DNA of 63,708 nucleotides, counting the filler, from Vezdaea acicularis (taxonomy: Eukaryota): NCBI GenBank assembly GCA_026025075.1. It is 4 parts of 4 records of this genome, joined end to end, with 100 filler letters (N's around TTAATTAATTAA, not from the genome) between each part and the next. Parts side by side here need not be neighbours in the genome. Positions count along the whole stretch, not along the records: positions 39,965 to 59,727 come from JAPEUI010000201.1; positions 59,828 to 63,708 come from JAPEUI010000309.1; 2 more parts are not named here. One strand, 5' to 3'. Positions 51,690 through 61,970 of the stretch are shown here, in pieces. Position 1 is the stretch's first letter. Each line of letters opens with the position of its first letter. Under the pieces are notes generated by a model. That model was not told the origin of the DNA. It saw nothing but the letters and a program-made list of their open reading frames with translations, and ran no database searches. The translations under genes and the position numbers were made by a program.

Positions 51690-53450
51690 CTTGTTGAGGC
51701 ATGTTCTCTTATTTGTTCGAACGTCGACTGCTAATGCGACTAAGGCGTTCGACAAGCTGCGCGATTCACATCACAAGGTTTGCCTGAGCACGGAGATGCC
51801 TCCGGATCTTCCATCCGTTTCCACTCGGGGCACGCCCAACCCTTGGCCACAGCTTCTACCATTTAGCCCTCCACGATCCTTGATTGGCGCTGGACGGTGG
51901 AGACATCAGGACAAATCATCCTGCCTGTCCGCCTGTCCAGCCACAGGATCGTTTCGTCCTGTCTTCACCGGTTGACTTGCCGACAGCCACACAGGACAGC
52001 AGTTGCCCCCCGTCCCACTCCCACTTTTCACACTGACACTAACAAGTTATATTGTCGTTGGCTCGCCGGTGGTCATCTATCAAGGAACCTCTGACAACCT
52101 CGACTTGAAGAGTAACCTTGAGTATTTGGTCCTCGCGGATCCATATCACTCTTTTCCGGGGGGCGGCGCTAGAAGGGCGAGGCGCAGGCCCTAGGGTGCC
52201 TGTACACCCTACAGCCTGCCGAGCCGTGCGGTTGCGGTGTGTTGACACCGACTGATGTTTGTAGGGCCCACAGGATTTGACGGGATCCGGGCAGAGGGAT
52301 ATTCCCAGGCCCTTTTTCTCCTTTCCCCCATCGCGTGCGTTACGGTGCAGACCTTTGTCGTTGGCCCCCTTTACTGCTCCCATTTACTCTTGTACGAGGA
52401 ATGATACGTTTGTTTGCAAGCTTTTCCCCTTTTTCCGTCTTCTAAGAGCAGACACCCGGAAGGAGCACACGCAGCTAAGCAAGGAGAGAGGCCGGCGTTT
52501 TGGGAATATGGATAACTACCTGTCTTCGCCCTCGTACAACTCGCTGCTGAGGGAGCTGGCTCTTCGGTCGCGTCCTCTTCTATTACGCCCTCCTACGCCT
52601 CGTCCCTAGGGGAAGTTGCTGAAGAGGCAGCTCCCTTTTGCTACGACTATCAGACACTCTTCGACTTGTCTCGATGACAGCGGTGGAGGGAGACACGGTC
52701 TTTCGTCCTGGTGCTTGAGGATGCTGGCCTCACAAGCACCCCCATGGACGCATCCACCCTGAAGGGTTGCTGACCATCCTGGCTGAAGTCGACGCCTCGA
52801 TTGTGTCTCTGCCTCTGACATGACCGCTCTCCTCCCAGGCCTCCGTCGCCGACACTCCACATGGTTCGATCCTACCAACAGCTTGCTCATAGAACGTCCA
52901 CATCTCGGTGCGAACGTGGTGTCAACAGTACGAAGGAGTCCCTCAGCAATGTCGACCGCTGTTCTGTCCTCCTCTCCCTGGCTTCTCCCCGACGAAAGAA
53001 GCAAGTTAATGATCAGTCTTCCCTCGTCGGTCAACCAACAAAAGACACGGAAACAGGGGCAGTCGCTGTTCGAGCAATAAGAGGGCCGGATACCCACCGC
53101 AAAGGCCATACCACCATCACTTCACCTCGCCCAACCGTCAAGACCAGACGGTTCGAGGGAAAACACCTCTTAGTCCTTGGCCACCTCAAGACTCTCGATC
53201 TGACTCGAACTTCATCGCCTCTCCATAACGCGACCTGAGTAAGAGCGGTGCAGAGACGAGAACAAGACAATAGCGAAGAAAGCACGACCCTCTCTTCCCA
53301 GCGCCTTCATCCATCTTGAACAATATCGTGTGCGTGTCCGGCGCATTCATCGTCGTCGCTCTGTCGAGTTCTAGTGTCCGGCTAGTTGTGAGCGACGATT
53401 GAGTTCGTAGTCGCCGGCCTGGTCCTGAGTCGTCGACGAGTATGCAGTGA
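51690..53450 (+). ncRNA. Candidate large structured non-coding RNA (family unassigned)
   Basis: More than 10 helices found by eye, with G-U wobbles favouring the plus strand; no credible protein ORF; boundaries approximate. Confidence 0.5.
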
Positions 53451-54012
53451 CGCATCAATCAAGTACCGTCCGCCCGACATCTTCATCAACACCGCCCCGT
53501 CTCACACGCTCGAATCATATCCGTCTGGGTAGTACCAAGGCAATACCTCCAAGAGGGGAATAATCAGCATTCCAAGACTTCCTTGTCGTCGTCGCCGGAG
53601 TAGGAAGATCTGTCTGTCGGATCTGTCTTCCGAACCCCGTCTAGTCTCTTCGTCGCACTGATCGGAGCGGATAGTACCGTCCCCGCGGATGGGTGGTGGT
53701 TGGGTCCTTGCATCCTGGTCCTCGTCGCTCGTTGGTCCGTTGAACGTCGCTCTTGGGTCTGGGTTGGGTCTGTCGTGGGTGGTTGTGATTGTGATTGTGG
53801 TGGATGGGGATGGCTTCACTTTCGCCATTTGCCGCTTCACTTGTTGTCGACGGGTTGGAAGGGAAGGGGAGGCTCGCCCTTTCTTTGGATCATGAAGGGG
53901 AAGGCGAGGGGTTCTTTGGTTATCAGAAGATGAGGAGGAGGAGGAGGAGTCGTGATGCTTATTACCTTCCTCATTCATCATCAACAGCGCCATTCGAGAA
54001 TCACCACCGACT

Positions 54013-54042
54013 ACTCACTCACTCACTCACTCACTCACTCAC
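54013..54042. repeat. (ACTC)n microsatellite
   Basis: About 7 perfect copies. Confidence 0.95.
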
Positions 54043-54150
54043 CCCCCCCCGGACCGGCGGCCCTGTCCCAACGACCATACACTCCACACACCCGACCCGC
54101 CCACCCACACGGGCAGAAGTACACACCCAACCCCGACCCAGTCCAAGCGG

Positions 54151-54225
54151 AACCCAATCCAATCCAACCCAACCCAATCCAACCCAACCCAATCCAACCC
54201 AACCCAACCCAACCCGACCCGACCC
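54151..54225. repeat. (AACCC/AATCC)n pentamer microsatellite
   Basis: About 15 copies with a partial 15-bp higher-order pattern. Confidence 0.95.
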
Positions 54226-55825
54226 TCCCTCCCTCTCTCCCGCACCCGACCCTACCCAAGCGGAAATCGGGGGAAAAACCAGTCCCAATCCACCCACATC
54301 GAGCAGCCTGCATAAGCGACCCGCGCCGTTTTTTTTCGACCCTCCTCCATCTCCCTTCACACTCTCACCTCCGCGCCCAAATAACTTCTCCGACGCGGCG
54401 GCATTCTCTCGCACCGACCATACCTCTACGTCTCGAGAACACCACGATGGGAATGGAATGATGAGAGGATGCGAAGGGGGATTTACGGGCAGGAATGGAC
54501 GGGAAAGGAAAGGGAAAGAAACGCTGTTTCGCTCGTTGCGTGATATGTACACAAGTAGGGAGAAGGAGGCCGGGTGGACTGGATAAAAGAGGACGGGATA
54601 AAGATACGATACGATACGATTACATTAATACTATAATACATTCGTCTTATGTACAACCAACTCTTCCAAACATCCAGCGGTACAAATATACCACCGTGCA
54701 ACCAACCGTGCAAGACCACGTCCAGAACCAGCTGGACCTCTACCTTCGAAACAAAACAGAACGACAGGAAAGAGAGAGAGGAGAGGAGTCTATGATAGAA
54801 GAGGTTATGATACAAGAGTCGATAGACAACCCTCCAGTGTGTTCGGGTCGTTGTTTGAGAATAGACCGGTTGACTGATTGAGGGAGAGAGACGGAGAAGA
54901 GGGAGAGCGGAGAGGGGGTGGGGTTGAGTGAAGGGACTACTACAACCACGACCACATGGACGTCCACAATACCACCAACGGCCACCATAACCACTATGAT
55001 GACCGCAACCACGATAACGACCACAACCGCAACCGCAACGACTTCCACTTCGATGACTTTCGACCAGAAGACGACAAACACATGGACCCGATGCGTAGGC
55101 TAGATATATAGGACGGGACGGGAATCTCGCCTCTTCTCATGAACAACGGAAGGAGAAAAGGGAAAGAGGGAAAGGGAAAAGGAGAGAAGAGGGGTGGATG
55201 TGAACGATACCTATGACTTGCGCCCGAGACAAAGACTTTAGGGGGGGGTAAAGGAAAGGAAAGGGGAAGTAGGGAAGATGGGAAGCCATGAAAGATAGGA
55301 GAAAACAACGGGAAAGGGGAAAGGAGGGGGATGAAAAACGGCAGCAGCGGCAGAAAAGACAGAAAAAATAAAAAAAGGAAAGACATGAACATCTCTCCCA
55401 CCTCCCATCTCCTCATCTTCAACCCCAGAATCCAGAAGCAAGACGCAAGAACGGCGTTATGTTGTATTGTGTTGTGCACCTCACACAGCTACTTCTCCGT
55501 TTATGAGAGAGTCGCTCGTTCTTTGCTCCCCTTCGGCGCCGTCGTCATTGTCGTTGATACTACTCTCGCTCACTCACCCTCCCTCCAGCTTCTCTCGCTT
55601 TCCCTGACAGACGACTTCTCGCTCCCTGCCAGACTTCTCCCTCTCTCTCTATCCCTCTCCTCTCCTCCGCTACTGACCCCCCAGCTTCCTCTTCGGTGTC
55701 TCTGTCGAGGTCGGGGTTAGGATCATGCTGTATCCCCGCCCTCGTCCCCGCCCTCGTCGTCGCCGATACCCACCAGCTCCCACCATCTCTACCCATGAAA
55801 GGGCAAAGGGGAGAGAGAAGCCCCG

Positions 55826-55860
55826 ACCAGACCAGACCAGACCAGACCAGACCAGACCAG
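55826..55860. repeat. (ACCAG)7 microsatellite
   Basis: Seven perfect copies. Confidence 0.95.
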
Positions 55861-56497
55861 AGCCGATCTGAGCAGACCAGAGCCGAGCAGAGAACAAAGG
55901 ACTGCTCAGATGGAGAAATCTAATCAGCGAGTCATGGCTGACCCTGATGTCTGGCCCCGCGCACACGGCGGCAACGAGGTGGTTGGTCGTATCTGGTGTG
56001 GTGTGGTGCATTGGATGAATGTATATGCCCCCGAATAAGTCAGTCGTCGTCGTCGTCGACGACGAAGCAGTCCAAGCAGTCCAAGCCGTCGTCCTGAAAG
56101 TCGTCGAAGCAGCCCTCGTCGCCGAAGTAGTCTTCATCGAAGCACTCGAATGAAAAAGAAGTAAAATGTCAGAAACGCCCCGTGCGCTTCCTCGCTCGTG
56201 CCCCGTATGCCGACTCGCTCACGCCTCGTGCATCGTACCCCCTGGTTCTTCGTGCATCGTGCTTCGTGCCCCGTCGTGCCCATGTTGAAAAAGTGTCATC
56301 GTTCGCGTCTGTCTCCATACATCCCTGACTTGACCCGTCTGTCTCTCGTTATCTCGCCGTGTGTGTGTCTCTCGCGTGTTCTCTGCATCTTCCGCGTCAA
56401 CAACTCTCGTCAACACTCGTCGTCGCCAATCTAACCCTTTCCCCCCCCCTCTTCCCTTTCTCTCTCTCTTTCATCCCCCCTCTCCCTCACGATCCCA

Positions 56498-58841
56498 TCA
56501 CGCCCCTCTAACCTGCTGCGCCTGCAACGGGTTAAACACGCTCTTATTCCCCCCCTCCTTCCCACCCTCGCCATCCCCATCCGACCCGCCTCCTCCAACC
56601 GCATCCCCCTTGACACCAGCCGGCACCGGCGGACTCGGGCCTCCGCGATGAAACATCAGCACCAATCTCGCGCCCACGCTCGTCTCGAGTTCCGTGCCAT
56701 CCCGCGCAATCTTGACCTCGCGGTTCGCGTTCCACGAGTTGCGCAGGCCGCGCGTGCGGTAGAAGGGGACGCGCGCGGTCGAGACCCACGCGATGCGGAA
56801 GGGTTTGCCCCAGGACTTCTCGACCGAGGCGGGGAGGAAGGAGTCCGAGTCTTCTGCTGCTGCGGCGTCGGCGGCGGCAGTGATGGCATCAGGGCTAGGG
56901 CTCGGATCCGAGGCCTTGTCCGACGCGTTTTCGAGGTCATCGTCGCCACTGCCATCGCCAACGGCGCCGCCTTCAAGCGATGAACTGACATCGCCGTCGT
57001 CGCTGTCGGCTTCCCAGAAGATGGTCCCGCGGGCCGAGTCGTCGATAATACGACCCTTAGGCGCGTGCTCCGTCGCGGGCGTCGGGATCGCTTTGGGGAG
57101 GTCGGCGAGCGCGTCCGACGACTGCGCCTTGGGCGTCCAGTCGATCGAGGAGGCCGACGCGTCGTTGATCGACGAGGTCATCCGGGCGTAGCCAAAGTAC
57201 TCGCCCGACTTGTTGGCCGAGAAGATGAGGTACACATTCTCAGATTTCTACGGCGCCCTGTGTCAGTGTGTTGACGACAAAAGAACGACTGGGACTCACT
57301 TGAAAGGCCTCGTTCAGCGCCGTCTCATTATGTGACTGCGTCGCCCAGATGCCGTTGCGCACGCTCAGCTCGAGGTCCTCGACCGTCAGACTCTTCACGA
57401 TAAAGTACCGGTCCTTCAGCTTCGGGCCCTTACGATCAGGAGACGACGGCTCCGCCAACGTCGCTCCAATCTCCTTGCTCAAGCCGTCCGGCGTCGTCGA
57501 CGCCTCGCGATCGGGGTTCGCTGCCGCCTGCTGCAACATCGCCGCGGGCGCCGTGGGCACACCCGTCGAGATGCTCGCACCGCTCCTGCGCAGTCGACAG
57601 ACCAGGCGGACGCCGTTGAATCTCGAATCGTGGAAGCGGCCCATCGCGGCCGCGCACGCCGGCTCGGTCCGGTAGTTGACGAACGCGCAGTTGCTCTTCG
57701 AGATCAGGAAGACGCTCTCAATGTCCCGCGTGGCCTCTCTCGAGAAATGATCTTTCAGGTGGATGACATTGGTGCCAGGAGGCAAGTTGCCAACCCATAG
57801 GGCGTGCCCCGACTGTTTGGGCTTCCGCGGAGGCCCCCGTGGGATGGAGTGCTGTACGGGACCAGATGCCAACTGGCTTGATCCTGATCATAAATTCTAA
57901 GTGACATGCTCAATCAATCCAGGTGCTGCTCTCATCATACCTGGCATGATCCCAGGCTGAGATGCGACTCCGCCTCCATACGCTCCCATCGATGGGTCCA
58001 TTAGTGACTGTCCTCTGCCCTCCATGCCATCGCCTGTTCGTCGGCCCGTCGTCTGCACCTGGGGAAAGTTCCCTCGTCCTCGAAACGGCCCACCGTACGG
58101 AGCTGTCGTACGGGCCTGAAAGGTTGGTTGTGTTTGAGCTTGCGGGTTTGCTGGTTGCGGGTAGTAATAGTAAGGATTCTGCTGCTGTTGCTGATGCTGC
58201 TGCTGCTGATGTTGTTGCTGCTGCTGCTGTTGCTGCTGCTGTGCCATCCACGCGGGGTTGTAGGCGTGCTGCGTCGGACTATGGCCGCTTGGATACCCCG
58301 GGACCGGGTGAATCATCTGCGGATAGGCCTGAGGAACGAAGCCGGCCTGCGGAGGAGGAGCAATGTACGTGCTCGGCGGCGGCGGCTGATTATACGGATA
58401 AGGAGGGTTGGCCGGCTGGCCCATCGCCGTCTGACCCGCAAACTGCGATATCTGCTGGAGTTGATACACCAGCGCGGAAGTGGACGCACCCGATGGAAAA
58501 CGCTGCTGTGACTGCTGCTGCTGGAAACCCGGCTGCCCCAGGCCACCCGCGCCATACTCCGGCAAGGCTCCGGCCATGGCGGCCATGTTGAACGACGACA
58601 GATCAGGGCTCAAGCCCGGTGTTTCTCTGAGGTTAGATGCTACTGCCGTGACATTCGAGACGGTGCCGTCGGTAATCGCTGGATACGAGGCGGGAGAGCG
58701 GTGTCTTCCCGACGGAAGAAGGGTCGAAGGCATGTTGAACGGGGTGCTGTCGTCGGCTGGTGCAGAGAAGGCCGGACTGGGGTTGGCCTGTGTACTGAAT
58801 GGCTGGCGACCGCCTTGATTTGGCGCCGGCACATCGCCCAT
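56498..58841 (-). CDS. RRM + YTH domain protein (YTHDC1-like) with polyQ/prion-like N-terminus
   Basis: LWVGNLP and NCAFVNY (RNP2/RNP1); RYFIVKS, GIWATQ, YLIFSAN, GYARM, VKIARDGTEL (YTH); two coding introns; polyQ about 58180-58243. Confidence 0.9.
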
Positions 58842-59580
58842 ATGTATTTGGAAGATGGTAGGAAAATATCCCCACTGTTGCACCAGAAAGTAAGTCATGT
58901 CAGCCCATCTCGTGCGTTCGTGTTCGGGATGCTGGGGGGGGGGGGGTTGGTTAGGTGGAAAAAACGTGTCATGTTACCCTTGATTAAATGTCAAATTGTC
59001 TCAGTGAATGAACTCTTCTTTTCTTCCTGTCCGGCTTCGTCCCAGTGGCAAAGGCAATCGGAAGCCTCACGAACCGAATAGGAGAGCTGAAGGAGGATGG
59101 TCGGTGGCTGAACGGGAGACACGGCGGTAATGTGATTACTTGTCGTGGGATGTGTGGACAAGACGAGGGCAAGGGACCTGCAGGAGGAGGACGTATCGAC
59201 AGGGGGAGGGGGGAGGGGTGGCCGGGATGGGCAGCCACAGAGAGCGTCGAGATGAAGAGTATTTTCGACCGCTGCGATTCTGAAACGAAAGCCGTTGAAG
59301 ACGGGGCCGGGTGGAGAAGAGGAGCAGAGGGCGAGGAGGGGAAATCAATTGGCAGGAGGGGATATAAGCTCGTCGGCTATGGATGGTCCGTCGGCCACTT
59401 CGGTCGAGCTCGGATTTCTCAAAAGAGCAGACGGCGACGATTTAAGAGAAGATCGTCGAGGGAACCGAACACGACGGTAGGGTCAGAGCCCCAGCTTGGC
59501 CGGCGGGTAGGGATGAGGGCGCTCGGACGGCCGCTGATTGGCCCTCCCCCCCTTTGGCGACGTGTGGCCGCGGAGCAGGC

Positions 59581-59622
59581 GACGGTCGACGGTCGACGGT
59601 CGACGGTCGACGGTCGACGGTC
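59581..59622. repeat. (GACGGTC)6 minisatellite
   Basis: Six perfect 7-bp copies followed by degenerate GTCAGTC copies. Confidence 0.95.
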
Positions 59623-59727
59623 GTCAGTCGTCAGTCGTCGGGTCGCGCGACGTCGTCCGCGGGAGTCGTCGAGCTAACAGATCTTAGTTCGCCGCGGCTG
59701 AGGAGAAAAGGGAAGGGACGATGAGGA

Positions 59728-59827
59728 NNNNNNNNNNNNNNNNNNNNNNNNNNNNNNNNNNNNNNNNNNNNTTAATTAATTAANNNNNNNNNNNNNNNNN
59801 NNNNNNNNNNNNNNNNNNNNNNNNNNN
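59728..59827. other. Artificial contig linker
   Basis: 100-nt N spacer with TTAATTAATTAA. Confidence 0.98.
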
Positions 59828-60544
<717 letters not shown>

Positions 60545-60874
60545 AGTACTGCTTCTACTTTCATACGGCTTTAGGCTGCATCGCATGATCTAGCGTTGTT
60601 GGCGTGTTCCTGTATATATGGCTGGTTGTGTACATATGGCGCATGGTTGGACGAGGTTGCATGTGGTATGCGTGACTGTCAGGGCTGGCGGGATTGGTAA
60701 ATCCATCAGGTTTCAAGGGATCAAAATAATTGTAATTTTATAGACACGGGAATGCCCTCCTCAGACCTTGACACGCTTGCGTGCGAAATCATGGCAAAAT
60801 AAAACCCCGCAGCCATGCCAGCCACCCCTATGTTCTCTCCCCATCGAACCAGATACTCTACAAAGTCTTTAGAT

Positions 60875-61701
60875 TTAAGTGAGCTTTTGCTTGATGAAGA
60901 ACGCCCTCAGGTGGCTCAATTGCCATGCGCAAGTCACGCCCAAGACCGTGAGCTGTATCAAGGTCCACCTCACAACTCTCGCATTGGTAGTCTCCGACTG
61001 ATCTCTGAACTCAGCCTCGCGTTCCTACCGGTAACCACCAGTTAGCATTCTGCCGTCAACGTGAGATGTCCACCAGGAAATCAAAACTCACCCGTTGGAA
61101 AACTTGTTCCCGTCGAATATCCTGCAACCTCCCATTCAAATCCTTCACCTTCTGGACAATATCCTGGATCTTGCCCTTATCCGTACTCTCAATCTCACTT
61201 GTTTCGCCAATCGCCATATCCAGCGTCAGCTTGACTCCGCCCCGTCCAGCGCCTCCACTAAGCCAGCCCCCACTCGACGAGCCTGACGGTGTGAAACAGA
61301 TCTTGTGGTCTCCGCTGTCGGCAGCGGTGAAGGTGAAGCGACCCTGCGATGCGCCTTTTTGGTTGATTAGCCGCTGGTCGTTGTCAAAGACCTCGTCGAC
61401 GGAGATGGTGATGGCTAGGTTGTCGTTGAGCATGAATTGTGAGGTTTGGTGGTCGAACTCTTCGGCTTTGTAGTGGCCTATGAGGATTGGAAAATTAGAC
61501 GGTTGCACATCCAAGAGATGGGAAGGAATTTCATATCTCACCGACAACTAGGGTGTCTTTCGGTAGCTCCTCATAGAAACACTTGGGGCTCGTGCCATCC
61601 ATATAGAAATACAGCGCCTGCGTTGGTAATACGAGCGCCGCAAGAGCACTCAATTTACACAGCATTCCTAAGGAAGACCTTGAGTTCCGTAACCGCGCCA
61701 T
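60875..61701 (-). CDS. ERP1: p24/emp24-gp25L family cargo receptor (Erp1-like)
   Basis: Signal peptide, [18 protein letters not shown], coiled coil, TM helix, FFIKQKLT* tail; two introns. Confidence 0.9.
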
Positions 61702-61970
61702 CACCAAGATTTATGAAGCAGCACGCGGGTGGTGGATGTGAAAAGCGCAAGAATTATTTTGACATTTGAGTTATTGGACACGCATGAGCTCGGGAATTTC
61801 TCCCCTTGCGATCAGGGGTCTAGAAAATTCAAGGTCATGTGATCTTGACTTTTCGCGAGAATTCAATGCGCGAAGTGGTTTGAATCCCGAGCCTCAAACA
61901 CCGTCTAAACTCAAACATATTCTATCCTCTTCACGTCTAGACCTCTCAGTGGTCAGCCGCACCGCCCAGC

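Noticed and set aside
52450..52470. CCGGAAGGAGCA resembling SRP RNA helix 8, and ATATTCCCA (52299) resembling the snR30 m1 motif
   Set aside because: Partner motifs (5' AGG of the symmetric loop; m2 AAACCAU) are missing
56431..56438. CTAACCCT, a possible TTAGGG template
   Set aside because: Lies 3 kb beyond the structured region, in low-complexity DNA beside the YTH stop codon; short enough to occur by chance
53500..56450. Many overlapping ORFs (PNPTQ, poly-T, poly-V, QTRPD repeats)
   Set aside because: Artefacts of microsatellites and low stop-codon density
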